Assembly (NCBI GenBank): GCA_051819685.1
Contig: JBNJGI010000003.1
Coordinates: 1 to 59,150 of the forward strand
DNA: 59,150 nucleotides
Direction: 5' to 3'
Source of the DNA: Nanobdellota archaeon
Lineage (GTDB): Archaea > Nanobdellota > Nanobdellia > Woesearchaeales > DATGWN01
Within the stretch, counting starts at the first letter, position 1. Every line of letters begins with the position of its first letter. This document shows positions 1 through 9,898 of this stretch, one piece after another. The translations under genes were made by a program, and so were the position numbers. The notes under the pieces are model-generated. The model ran no database searches, had not been told where the DNA came from, and saw only the letters and a list, made by a program, of their open reading frames with translations.

Positions 1-608
1 GTGAAATTAATATATTTTTTTGAAAGTTTTTTTAGATTTTCATTATTAAATCCATAAAAATTTATATTATTTTCTTTTGCAGCATTATAATCATTAATAG
101 AATCTCCAATTAATATTGTTTCATTTTTTTTATAATTTTTATTTATTATAATATTTTTAATTAATATATCTTTAGAGGTTGGTGAACCATTTATTGATAA
201 GAAATATTTAGATATATTTAAATTTTCACATAAATAATTCAATTCATTATGTTCAGAACCTGAAACTATATGTAAATTATATTTTTTATGATTGTTTTTA
301 ATAAAATTTATAGTTTCTTTAATTAAATATTTTTGTTTAATTAATTCTAACCTCATTATTTTAGAAAATTCATTTGCTAATTCATTAATTTTTTCTTTTG
401 TTATATCTTTTTTTAATATATTTTCATAAAAATATTTAATTTTAACAAATCTAGATAATCCTCCATTAGTTCTATGAAATTTAATTAATTTATCAATTTT
501 CTCTTTTGGATATTGCTTAAAAATTTCTTTAAAACCAATATCTCTTACATTCATAGAATCTAATATTACTCCATCAAAATCAAATAAAATATTTTTAATA
601 ATATTCAA
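1..608 (-). CDS. HAD-superfamily phosphatase; C-terminus runs off the window start
   Basis: Not in the ORF track. Probable TTG start at 606-608, 2 bp after the stop of the upstream gene. Translation LNIIKNILFDFDGVILDS... has HAD motif I (DxDG). HIVSGS (motif II) and GDSINDYNAA (motif IV) follow. Confidence 0.6.
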   Translation of the reverse strand, partial: MNIIKNILFDFDGVILDSMNVRDIGFKEIFKQYPKEKIDKLIKFHRTNGGLSRFVKIKYFYENILKKDITKEKINELANEFSKIMRLELIKQKYLIKETINFIKNNHKKYNLHIVSGSEHNELNYLCENLNISKYFLSINGSPTSKDILIKNIIINKNYKKNETILIGDSINDYNAAKENNINFYGFNNENLKKLSKKYINF

Positions 609-610
609 TT

Positions 611-2188
611 TTAAACCTCTATATTTTGATATATACTAGGAGTTACAAATTCAATGTTTAAATTTAATTTTTTTAATATTTTAGTCATTCCTAAATTCAT
701 TTTATTTATAGCTTCTTTACTTGTTACTAAATTCATATTCTTATCAAAATAATCAGTTTCAACTTGGTGATATCCATCTAATCCTGCTAAATATACTTTG
801 TTTACATTGGTTTTTTTTAATAAATTTAAAAGCATTAAACTTGAATTATCTTTAACATAATCTATATTATTTAATAAATCAATATAGTTTACTTTTAAAA
901 AATCTTTCTTTATATTTGAAGTAATTATTATTTTTTCTTTTTCTAAATTATTTTTTTCTAAAATATTTTTAAATCTTTTTTCATTGCTTACAAAAACATA
1001 ATCATAATTAAAATCTTTTGGTATAAAGTTTACACAAATTGTTTTTATATTACTTCTATTATTTATTTCTTTAATCTTTTCTTTATATTTATTTAAACTA
1101 GAACCTGGAGCAATAATCATAACTTCTTTTCCTTTAAATTTACTTTTTAATTTTTCAATTATTTCAATATCATTAATATTATGTTTTTGATATTCTAAAT
1201 ATAATTTTTCAGCATAATCTTTATTAAAATTACCTTTTTTACTTTGAGGTAATTTTTCTAAAATTGTACTAATTGATTTTACTGTTAAAGTATTTTTATC
1301 AGCTAAAAAAGTTGCATAATTAGGATGACAATTATTTGCTGCAGATAAATAATGTGGTAAAGAATATCCCCAATATTTATTAAAGTATATGTTGTTTAAA
1401 ACTTCATCAATAATTTCTAAGAGTGGATAAATTTTATATTTTGTTTTATGAAATTCATTTAAATAACCTAAAAATAATTCAGTATTTAAATTTCCTGCAC
1501 CTCTTCCCATTCCAAAAACAGATGAATCTATAACTATTGTTCTATTTGTATTAAGTTCAACTAATGCTTGTGCATTAGAATAAGATAATTGCATATTGTT
1601 GTGCGAATGATAACCTGTATTAATATTTTTATTTAAATTATTATCAATTAAATAAAACATCCTTAATAGATCTTTTTGTTTCATCATACCAAAACTATCA
1701 ACCATATAAAAAGCATAAGGTTTTATTTCATTGAATTCTTTAATTACATGTAATAATTCCATATCTGAATAATTTATTGTAACCATTATTTGAATAAAAA
1801 GCATATATCCTTTTTTTGATAATTTTCTACAATATTCAATTGCTTCATTTACATCTTTTTTATGAAATGCAACTCTAATACCATCAACAGAAGTTCCATC
1901 ATATTCTGGAATATCTTCAATATCATATGTTCCAAAATTAATCATACAAACATATTTTTTATTGTTTTTATTTTTTGGAATAAAATCTTTGAATCTATCT
2001 ATGCTATCAAAAATTGATTTATCGGATTTATATGCTTTTTTTTGATTTAAAAAACCACATTCAATTATGTCAATATCTGATTCAGTTAATTTGTTAATAA
2101 CTCTTTTAATATTGTTTTTACCAAATTCCCAATTATTAACATAACCGCCATCCCTTAAAGTACAATCCAAAACTTCAATTTTTTTCAT
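611..2188 (-). CDS. Two-domain protein: N-terminal HMGL-like (pyruvate carboxyltransferase / DRE-TIM aldolase) domain fused to a C-terminal DUF115 / MptE-like (Maf-type) domain
   Basis: The N-terminus VLDCTLRDGGY is typical of HMGL-like TIM-barrel aldolases. The C-terminal ~200 aa (IIAPGSSL...ICVNF...YLAGLDGY) fit the DUF115 pattern. 4-bp overlap with the neighbouring gene. Confidence 0.5.
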   Translation of the reverse strand: MKKIEVLDCTLRDGGYVNNWEFGKNNIKRVINKLTESDIDIIECGFLNQKKAYKSDKSIFDSIDRFKDFIPKNKNNKKYVCMINFGTYDIEDIPEYDGTSVDGIRVAFHKKDVNEAIEYCRKLSKKGYMLFIQIMVTINYSDMELLHVIKEFNEIKPYAFYMVDSFGMMKQKDLLRMFYLIDNNLNKNINTGYHSHNNMQLSYSNAQALVELNTNRTIVIDSSVFGMGRGAGNLNTELFLGYLNEFHKTKYKIYPLLEIIDEVLNNIYFNKYWGYSLPHYLSAANNCHPNYATFLADKNTLTVKSISTILEKLPQSKKGNFNKDYAEKLYLEYQKHNINDIEIIEKLKSKFKGKEVMIIAPGSSLNKYKEKIKEINNRSNIKTICVNFIPKDFNYDYVFVSNEKRFKNILEKNNLEKEKIIITSNIKKDFLKVNYIDLLNNIDYVKDNSSLMLLNLLKKTNVNKVYLAGLDGYHQVETDYFDKNMNLVTSKEAINKMNLGMTKILKKLNLNIEFVTPSIYQNIEV

Positions 2189-2949
2189 TTTAAATCTTTT
2201 TCATTTATTATTTTTTTACAAGCATCAGCAAAAATTCCTACATCAACAGAATATGCTATATATTTTACACCTGCATCTTTCCACAGTTTAAGTCCTTTTT
2301 CACAATCAACAAAAGTTCCAACTAGTTTATTAGATTTTTTACATTTATCAACTATTGTTTTCATTGCAGTAATGACTTTTTCATCAAAAATATTTCCTGG
2401 AACGCCTAATGATTGAGATAAATCATAAGGCCCGATAAAAACAACATCGATGTTTCTTAGTTGTATTATTTCATCTAAGTTAGTTAATGCTTCTTGTCCT
2501 TCTAATTGTATTATTAGTATCGTTTCATTTGATTTTTTAAAATAATCATTTTTATCCATTAGTGAATGATTTGCTGCTCTTACAAACCTGCAAACTCCTC
2601 GTTCTCCTTCAGGATAAAATTTAGACAAGTTTATTAATTTTTTAATGTCTTCTCTAGTTGAAATTTGAGGCGCTTGTATTCCTTTAGCACCTATATCTAA
2701 AGATTTGCCTATGTTTGTTTCATTTATTTCAGGTATTCTTATTATGGGGAATGTGTTTGAAATTTCTGCAGCTCTAATTAAATTTTGCATATTTTGATAA
2801 TTAGTAACTCCATGTTCTGCATCCAGTATGACAAAATCAAATCCTGCTAATCCTGCTATTTCTACAAAAGATGGATCTGAGGTTTTCATAAACATACCTA
2901 ATACGAAATCATCTTCTATTTTTTTTTTAAATTTAAAAGTATTATTCAT
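2185..2949 (-). CDS. HpcH/HpaI-family class II pyruvate aldolase
   Basis: 254 aa. DFVILDAEHG and a TIM-barrel pattern (IQLEG...VDVVFIGPYDLS) are typical of HpcH/HpaI aldolases. Confidence 0.65.
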   Translation of the reverse strand: MNNTFKFKKKIEDDFVLGMFMKTSDPSFVEIAGLAGFDFVILDAEHGVTNYQNMQNLIRAAEISNTFPIIRIPEINETNIGKSLDIGAKGIQAPQISTREDIKKLINLSKFYPEGERGVCRFVRAANHSLMDKNDYFKKSNETILIIQLEGQEALTNLDEIIQLRNIDVVFIGPYDLSQSLGVPGNIFDEKVITAMKTIVDKCKKSNKLVGTFVDCEKGLKLWKDAGVKYIAYSVDVGIFADACKKIINEKDLK

Positions 2950-3679
2950 TTAAACCATCTTTTTTTATTTTTTCAATTACTTTATCTAAATCCTTCTTTG
3001 TATCAACAGATAGGGTGTCGCAAGATAAATCAACAAAATTTATATTTTTTTTATTTTCAATAAATCTTAATAAATCAATATTTTCTATTATTTCTATAGG
3101 ACCTCGTTCTGTTTTAACATAAAAATCTAATGCTTGTTTATTAAACGCGTAAACTCCGACGTGTTTTTTATAACTGTAGTTTATACTTCCTCCTGGGTAG
3201 GGTATTGGTGCTCTAGATATATATATTCCATCTCCTTTTGAATTCATTACAACTTTTAGATTTGAGGGGTCTATTGCTTCAACAGGATCCTTTATTGTTG
3301 TTATTATGTTTGAAACAATTTGTTCATCTTTATTTGGTTTTGTTGGGATAATTTCTTTTATAGTTTCAGGCGAAATTAATGGTTCATCGCCATTGATAGA
3401 TATATAGTAATCGGCGTTTATTTTAGTTGAAACTTCCTGGATTCTGTCAGTTGGTGTTAAATGTTTATCAGAAGTCATTATCACGTTCATGTTGTATTCT
3501 TTGCAAACTTTTTCGATTCTTTCATCATCTGTTGCAACATAAATCTCATCTAATTCTTTTACTTTCTTTGCTTGATGATAAACCCACCAAATCATTGGTT
3601 TCCCACATATATCTGCTAATGGTTTTCCTTCAAATCTAGTTGATTTATATCTTGCAGGGATTACAGCGACAATTTTCAT
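2942..3679 (-). CDS. kdsB: 3-deoxy-manno-octulosonate (ulosonic acid) cytidylyltransferase, KdsB-like
   Basis: The N-terminus [28 protein letters not shown] is the classic KdsB/CMP-ulosonate synthetase signature. 245 aa. Confidence 0.8.
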   Translation of the reverse strand: MKIVAVIPARYKSTRFEGKPLADICGKPMIWWVYHQAKKVKELDEIYVATDDERIEKVCKEYNMNVIMTSDKHLTPTDRIQEVSTKINADYYISINGDEPLISPETIKEIIPTKPNKDEQIVSNIITTIKDPVEAIDPSNLKVVMNSKGDGIYISRAPIPYPGGSINYSYKKHVGVYAFNKQALDFYVKTERGPIEIIENIDLLRFIENKKNINFVDLSCDTLSVDTKKDLDKVIEKIKKDGLNE

Positions 3680-3704
3680 TTTATTTATTTAAAGTTTTTA
3701 TCTT

Positions 3705-4001
3705 TTATATGTCTTTTGATAATTTATTTAAAAAATCAATAATTATTTCTGCATTTGTTTTATTTTTTGATTTTTTATCGATTATATATTTATTAATAAA
3801 TTTATCATAAGCTTTATTATCTACTTTTAATTTAAAATTTAAATTTTTTTCAAGATTAATTAATGGTGCATTTAATTCTTTTACTTTTTTTGCTTGATTA
3901 TAAACCCACCAAATCATGGGCCTTCCACATATATCTGCCAAAGGTTTACCTGGAAATCTTGATGATTTATATCTCGCTGGAATTACTCCTATTATTTTCA
4001 T
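3705..4001 (-). pseudogene. Chimeric remnant: kdsB-like N-terminus (aa 1-44) fused to a copy of the C-terminus of the 377-aa upstream gene
   Basis: aa 1-44 are ~80% identical to the start of ORF 2942..3679. aa 45-98 parallel the last ~55 aa of ORF 3998..5131. Too short to be a cytidylyltransferase. Confidence 0.6.
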
Positions 4002-5131
4002 TTTTTATCACCTTCTAAACTTTTAAAAAACTTTAATAAAATATATCTATTAGTTTTATCTTTCATTTTTTTAAAAACAATAAATTTATTTGTGAATTTT
4101 GCATATGCTTTTTTATCTATTTTTAAATTAAAATTAGTTTTCTCATCTATATTGACTAAAGGCGCGTTAAGCATGTTAGAGAATTCTATTGTCCTTTCAG
4201 CCCAATCTCTTGCGTCTGTTTTTAACATTTCATTCGAAATTACAAAGACTAACGGTTTTTTATATAATATTGCAGTCATATTTGATGTAGTTTCATGACT
4301 TATGCAAAATTCTGAATATTTAATCAAATTAGTTGTTTTATATTTAAATATTTTTCTTTTTCCAAACTCATTTGTATAATTGGCTTTAGGATGTGCAGCG
4401 ATAACAACTTCTAAATCATATTTCTTTTCTAAATAATCAAAAAAACTTTTTAAAGCTAAATAATATTTTTTAGGTTTTACACTCTTCCCAATCTGTAAAA
4501 TATCTGATAAAAAAGGAATATTGGAATCTAAAAAAACCGCATATTTTTTTTTAACTAATTTTTTATGATTTTTTAAAGATTCTAAATAATCTAAATATTT
4601 AATATTATGTATGTGTATATATTTTTTTGCAAGACCAAAATCTAAACCAGGTTCGTTAATTTTATAATTTAAAAGTAAATTTCTTTTAAAAGTCTTATAA
4701 TACACTTGTCTCAAAGGATAAAACAAAAATAATTGAATTGCGATTTTTTTGATTAGTGAAGTTTTTTTGCTTTTTAATTTTGATTTTAATTGCATATATG
4801 TGGCAATTGTATGCTTAGAAAAATGAACTAAAATTGCCTCATACTTTTTTAATAAGTTAAAAAATTCTCTTTCTTTAATATGTGGAGAAAAAAATAGAAA
4901 AATTAATTTTTCATTTTGAGATCTCAAAAGATGAATCAAATCTTTTTTTGAATTTACATTCTTGACATTTTTTAGCTTAGTTTCATAACAAAAATAGGTA
5001 CAGTCAGGATTATATATTTTTGTCAAATCCCATAATTCTAATTTAAAATGTTCTTTTAAAAAATGAATATCCAAATCTTTTTCTTCTTTTTTAGTAAAAG
5101 GCTCGCTCATAGTTACAAAAATAAGTTTCAT
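3998..5131 (-). CDS. Hypothetical surface-carbohydrate biosynthesis protein; candidate ulosonic-acid transferase
   Basis: 377 aa with no motif I can name firmly (VIAAHPK...). The call rests on its position between a GT4 gene and the kdsB-like gene, with translational coupling. Confidence 0.3.
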   Translation of the reverse strand: MKLIFVTMSEPFTKKEEKDLDIHFLKEHFKLELWDLTKIYNPDCTYFCYETKLKNVKNVNSKKDLIHLLRSQNEKLIFLFFSPHIKEREFFNLLKKYEAILVHFSKHTIATYMQLKSKLKSKKTSLIKKIAIQLFLFYPLRQVYYKTFKRNLLLNYKINEPGLDFGLAKKYIHIHNIKYLDYLESLKNHKKLVKKKYAVFLDSNIPFLSDILQIGKSVKPKKYYLALKSFFDYLEKKYDLEVVIAAHPKANYTNEFGKRKIFKYKTTNLIKYSEFCISHETTSNMTAILYKKPLVFVISNEMLKTDARDWAERTIEFSNMLNAPLVNIDEKTNFNLKIDKKAYAKFTNKFIVFKKMKDKTNRYILLKFFKSLEGDKK

Positions 5132-6324
5132 TTTAACACCTTTTCATATTCTTTCACAATTTTTCTAGCAATTTTATCCCAATGATATTTTTTGCTATAA
5201 TTTATTATTTTCTTTTTATCCCATTTCTTATTTAAAGCTTTGTTTATTAATTCACTTAATTCTTTATAATTATTTGGATTTTTTAATAAAAAACCATAAT
5301 CATCTTTTGTAATTATACTTTCACTCCCCCCATTTACTGTTGAAACAACAGGAGTTCCACATGCTAAAGCTTCAATATTAACTACACCAAAACTTTCTGA
5401 GTAAGAAGGAAAAACAAACAAATCTGCAACATTCATCCATAAAGGTATTTCATCGTGAGGTTTTGGCCCTAAAACTTTGACATATTCTTCCAATTTCAAT
5501 TCTTTGATTTTATTAATAATTTTTTGTTTATCAGGACCATTACCTATTAAATATAAAATAAAATCTTGTCTAATTTTAACTAGTTCTTTTATTGCTTTAA
5601 TTAAGTTAATGTGATTTTTATGAGATATTTTATATCCTGCAACATTTAATAATATTTTTTTATCTGAAGGAATTTTTAATTTTTCTTTTGAAATATTATT
5701 AATTCTCTTAAATTTAGAACTATTAAAACCATTAGGTATAGTTATGGTATTTAAATTGTGTTTTTTTAAAAGTGGAACATCGATTTCATTAACTCTTATT
5801 AACAAATAATTTTCTTTCCAAGATTTTATTAATTTTGGATTATTTGACTTAAATTCTTCTAAAAACCAGTTTCTATTTTCATGTATTGTTACAATACTTT
5901 TCTTACCATAATCCTCTTTTAATTTAGCTCCAACATATCCACAAGGCCATGTGAAATGAGCATGAATTAAGTCAAAATTTAAATTGTTTTGTTCTATACA
6001 TTTTTTAGTTGCTTTGTAAGCAAAATCTCCGTTTCTTTTTCTAAAGTAATTTATAGGTAGTGTGAAAAAATTTGGATAATATACTTCTACATTATCGTAA
6101 GAATAATCCTTCAAAAGATAACTTGATTTAAATTTATTTTTAAAATAATCAATTTTAGATAAAATTTTAGGAAAATATGGTACTGCCGAAATAACTATAA
6201 TTTTATTAAAGTATTTTTTTAGTTCATCAACTTGTGATTTTACGAAAACAGAAGAGGTGATTTTTCCATCCTTTGTTGGATAACCACTACTTATAATTAA
6301 CAAATTTTTATCTTTTAAACTCAT
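5128..6324 (-). CDS. Glycosyltransferase family 4 (GT-B fold)
   Basis: The C-terminal motif PSYSESFGVVNIEALACGTPVVSTVNGGSESII is typical of GT4. Confidence 0.8.
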   Translation of the reverse strand: MSLKDKNLLIISSGYPTKDGKITSSVFVKSQVDELKKYFNKIIVISAVPYFPKILSKIDYFKNKFKSSYLLKDYSYDNVEVYYPNFFTLPINYFRKRNGDFAYKATKKCIEQNNLNFDLIHAHFTWPCGYVGAKLKEDYGKKSIVTIHENRNWFLEEFKSNNPKLIKSWKENYLLIRVNEIDVPLLKKHNLNTITIPNGFNSSKFKRINNISKEKLKIPSDKKILLNVAGYKISHKNHINLIKAIKELVKIRQDFILYLIGNGPDKQKIINKIKELKLEEYVKVLGPKPHDEIPLWMNVADLFVFPSYSESFGVVNIEALACGTPVVSTVNGGSESIITKDDYGFLLKNPNNYKELSELINKALNKKWDKKKIINYSKKYHWDKIARKIVKEYEKVLK

Positions 6325-7381
6325 TTTTTATTATCTCTATTATTTTTTTACAAGCATTTCCTTCTCCAAAAAAGCTTTTAAATTCTCCTTTGGAATTGAA
6401 AGAACTTGTTGCTTTAATAATCTTTTCTTTATTTGCTCCTACCAATATTGCTTCTTTGTTCTCCACTGCTTCAATAAATTCAATATTATCTCTAAGTACT
6501 ATACAATTTTTTTTCAAAAAGTATGATTCTCTTAATACTCCACCAGAATCTGTTAATATTTTATTTGCATTTTTTATTAGTTTTAAAGTATCTAAATAAT
6601 TAGTTGGTTCAATAAATAATATGTTTTTATTTTGATATTTGTCCCAAATATTATATTTTTTTAATCTATTTTTAGTCCTTGGATGAAGTGGAATAACAAC
6701 TAACCTATCTAATTCTAAAAAAGCATCAAAAATATTCTCCAATTTATTTTTATTATCTGTATTAACTGCTCTATGAACTGTAGCAAAATAGTAATTATTT
6801 TTCTCTATGTTCAATTTATTGAATATTGCTTCATCTCCTTTTTTTACAAAATAAATAGCTGCATCATATGTAATATCTCCTACAAAATAGACATTTTCTC
6901 TAATATTTTCTTTTTTTAATTCATCTACTGCCGTCAATGTAGGACAAAATAAATATCTTGAAACATGATCAGTACAAATTCTATTCAATTCTTCTGGCAT
7001 ACTTTTATCATGACTTCTAAAACCTGCTTCAATATGACTAACAGGAATATCTAATTTAGAACCTACTAAAGAAGCTGCTAAAGTGGAATTAGTATCTCCA
7101 TAAACAATTATCATATCTGGATTTTCTTTAATAATTAATTTTTCAAGTTCGACCATCATTTTTCCTGTTTGCTCTCCATGATTTCCACCATTTATATTTA
7201 AATTGTATTTTGGTTTGGGGATTTTAAGTTGTTTAAAGAAAATATCCGACATATTTTTGTCATAATGTTGCCCAGTATGTACTATGATTTCGTTAATATC
7301 TTTATGCTCTTCCAAATTTTTGCTAAAAATTGCTGCTTTGATAAATTGAGGTCTTGCTCCAACTATAGTCAATATTTTCAT
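6308..7381 (-). CDS. wecB: UDP-N-acetylglucosamine 2-epimerase (non-hydrolysing type)
   Basis: MKILTIVGARPQFIKAA..., HTGQHYD and DSGG motifs. 357 aa. Confidence 0.85.
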   Translation of the reverse strand: MKILTIVGARPQFIKAAIFSKNLEEHKDINEIIVHTGQHYDKNMSDIFFKQLKIPKPKYNLNINGGNHGEQTGKMMVELEKLIIKENPDMIIVYGDTNSTLAASLVGSKLDIPVSHIEAGFRSHDKSMPEELNRICTDHVSRYLFCPTLTAVDELKKENIRENVYFVGDITYDAAIYFVKKGDEAIFNKLNIEKNNYYFATVHRAVNTDNKNKLENIFDAFLELDRLVVIPLHPRTKNRLKKYNIWDKYQNKNILFIEPTNYLDTLKLIKNANKILTDSGGVLRESYFLKKNCIVLRDNIEFIEAVENKEAILVGANKEKIIKATSSFNSKGEFKSFFGEGNACKKIIEIIKNEFKR

Positions 7382-7443
7382 TTTAATATCCTAACTTTTT
7401 AATGAATATTTTAATTCTTTATTTAAATAATTTTTATTTTGTT

Positions 7444-8268
7444 TTACATAAAAACCTTAGCTTTTCCTTTTGTTCCTATAACATATCCAAACTTATTTAT
7501 TGCAAATCTTCTAAATTTTGTTTTAAAACCGTATTTTTTTAAAAATTTAGATATAACTATTTCATCTTTTTCGCCATTTATATATCCTATATCCTCTTTT
7601 TTATTTCTTATTCTACCAGCAACTACAGTTATTGACATTGATTTGTTTTTTGAAAGTAAATTTGTCATACCTTTTAGTGAGTTATATTCTGCTCCATTAA
7701 TAGTTAAATTAACATAAGAAATATTTTGTGGATTTATATTATGTTCTTTTAATATATTATCTAAATTATCTGAAATTACTTTTATTTTTTTAGTATTTTT
7801 AAAGAATTTTAAATTTTTACCCCAATTTTTAGATCCAGGTATATTTACTAATCTATTAACTTTTTTTGCATTTGTGACTTCAAAAATCATTTCTTTTTTT
7901 ACATCAAATAAAGCTTTTTTGACTATTATAAATTTTGCTTTAAAATGTTTTGAATATTTTTTTAAGATTTTTATATTATTTGGTTCTGGTTCAATCACTA
8001 TTACTGTACCTTTTTTACCTACAACTCTTGCAATATCTAATGCTTGTGAATTAAACTCATCTAAACGACAACCAGCTTGTACTGCAATATCTCCAGGTTT
8101 TAAAACTTTATATATACCTAAGGCTTTATCTAAATTTCCATAAAAATAATAATAAAATTTTTTACTTGTAAATATTTTTATAAAAATTAAAATTATTTTT
8201 TTTATTATTGGAAATAATGTTAATGTTTTTAATATAATATGTCTTATTTTATGTTTTATTTTTATCAT
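7444..8268 (-). CDS. FkbM-family methyltransferase with an N-terminal hydrophobic segment
   Basis: VIVIEPEPNN and LTINGAEYNSLKG match FkbM motifs. Confidence 0.55.
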   Translation of the reverse strand: MIKIKHKIRHIILKTLTLFPIIKKIILIFIKIFTSKKFYYYFYGNLDKALGIYKVLKPGDIAVQAGCRLDEFNSQALDIARVVGKKGTVIVIEPEPNNIKILKKYSKHFKAKFIIVKKALFDVKKEMIFEVTNAKKVNRLVNIPGSKNWGKNLKFFKNTKKIKVISDNLDNILKEHNINPQNISYVNLTINGAEYNSLKGMTNLLSKNKSMSITVVAGRIRNKKEDIGYINGEKDEIVISKFLKKYGFKTKFRRFAINKFGYVIGTKGKAKVFM

Positions 8269-8327
8269 TTTAACACCTACTTAATTTTAAATAAATTTTG
8301 TAAAAATAAATATTAATATTATTCATT

Positions 8328-9284
8328 TTAATATCCGAACTTTTTAATATAAATTTTTAATTCTTTATTTAAAAAATCTTTGTCTTTTTTATTCATTTTT
8401 TTCCATTTTCCAATGTTTCCCTTGGACAAATCAAAATTTAACATTTTATCTTCAATATTTATATCTAAAAAATCACAAACTTCATTTAATGAGGACTCTG
8501 TTTTATTTATTAGATCTTCCATTTTTAATATTTTAACATAATTTTTATTTAATTTTTTGTATTCAAAATCCCATTTTTCCATAATTGATTTATACCAAGA
8601 AACTGCCTCTTCAATACTATTTGGAGCCCATTTTTGTTTTAAAAAAGAAAAAACAACATCCCTAGGATCTCTTATCATATGAATGATTTTACTATTTGGT
8701 ATCAAAGATAAAAGTTCACTAGAATACAATATATTCCAAGTATTATCTTCAATAAATATTTTTTTATTGTTTTTTTTTAAAGTATCATTAATAATATCAT
8801 TAAAGAAAGAATTATAGTATTTTTTTAAATCTTTATTATATTCAATAAAATAAATTTCATTATTTTTTATTAATTTTTGACTTCCCGGCCAAGAACCCTT
8901 AAAGGAGAATGATTTTAAGTTATTTATTAATTTATTAACATGAAAATCATAGTTTTCAAACCATTTACTTAATTCCCATCCATAATATGGATAAGGAGTA
9001 AAACCAAATTTTTTAAAAAATAAAGAGACATAGTATTTGAAAGTATTTCTTTTTGATAAACTTTTCATAAAAGATTCAAAATTTTTAATTTTATAGTCAG
9101 TATAATAGGGAGACCAATTATTTTTTAAACCTAAATATAAATCAATAACACCTCTTGGGTCAATAGTAAATCTATGCTCAAAGGGTAAAGAAAAGGCATT
9201 TGAATGGGAAGAAAGTATTTCTTTTAAAATATTTGTTCCACAACGACCAGTTCCTCCAATAAGACATGTTTTTACTTTACCCAT
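8328..9284 (-). CDS. Sulfotransferase (PAPS-dependent family)
   Basis: The 5'-PSB-like P-loop LIGGTGRCGTNIL lies at the N-terminus. The 3'-PB-like motif is IHMIRDPRDVVFS. Confidence 0.65.
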   Translation of the reverse strand: MGKVKTCLIGGTGRCGTNILKEILSSHSNAFSLPFEHRFTIDPRGVIDLYLGLKNNWSPYYTDYKIKNFESFMKSLSKRNTFKYYVSLFFKKFGFTPYPYYGWELSKWFENYDFHVNKLINNLKSFSFKGSWPGSQKLIKNNEIYFIEYNKDLKKYYNSFFNDIINDTLKKNNKKIFIEDNTWNILYSSELLSLIPNSKIIHMIRDPRDVVFSFLKQKWAPNSIEEAVSWYKSIMEKWDFEYKKLNKNYVKILKMEDLINKTESSLNEVCDFLDINIEDKMLNFDLSKGNIGKWKKMNKKDKDFLNKELKIYIKKFGY

Positions 9285-9898
9285 CTAATTACCTCAAAAG
9301 CTTCGGCAAATTTTGAAGAGATTTGAGCACCTCTAAAAAAGCACATACCTTTTATAACATCAGGTTTTGTATAATCCCTGTTATTTTGAGTTTCATATTT
9401 TGATACAGATTTAACTTTTTTCAACACATTTTGTTCAGATAATTTTATATAATAATTTGTATTAAATGAAAAATTATTCCACATAAACTCATAACCTAAA
9501 ATGGATTTCGTTTTAAAAGCTCTTAAACCCTCTTCATATATAGTTTTATGATCTTGGTGAATATCTTTTGAAGAAGGCATAAAAATTATATCAGGATTGA
9601 TTTTTTCTTTTAGATTTATTAATTTATCAAGAATTTTTTGCCTATATTCAGGAAAATTGCGTACAGGAAAATTAAAAATAAATCTATTTTCTTCTTTAAT
9701 ACCTAAAACATTTGTTGCTTTTATACATTCTTTTTTTAAAATATCATCAGGATAACCTTCTGGTATAGACTTTTCACAAATAGAAAACGCAACATAAAAA
9801 ACTTCATTTCCTTCTTCAATATATCTAGAGATAGTTCCACCACAAGCTAACTCCCCATCATCTGTGTGAGGAGAGAGTATAAGTATTTTTTCATTCAT
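9272..9898 (-). CDS. PIG-L / LmbE-family N-acetylsugar deacetylase
   Basis: ILILSPHTDDGELACGGTI matches the (A/S)PHPDD...GGT signature. HQDH follows later. Confidence 0.75.
   Translation of the reverse strand: MNEKILILSPHTDDGELACGGTISRYIEEGNEVFYVAFSICEKSIPEGYPDDILKKECIKATNVLGIKEENRFIFNFPVRNFPEYRQKILDKLINLKEKINPDIIFMPSSKDIHQDHKTIYEEGLRAFKTKSILGYEFMWNNFSFNTNYYIKLSEQNVLKKVKSVSKYETQNNRDYTKPDVIKGMCFFRGAQISSKFAEAFEVIRWVK

Noticed and set aside
3427-3639. Track ORF on the + strand inside the kdsB-like gene. Many similar antisense ORFs belong here, for example 4092..4298, 6390..6599, 7439..7717, 7874..8143, 10477..10686, 12732..13112, 13585..13794, 14075..14272, 14742..15011, 15360..15671, 16210..16416, 16565..16747 and 17407..17862.
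   Set aside because: They lie antisense to genes with clear conserved motifs. Their translations are F/L/S/I-rich low-complexity strings, typical of the complement of K/N/E-rich AT-rich coding sequence.
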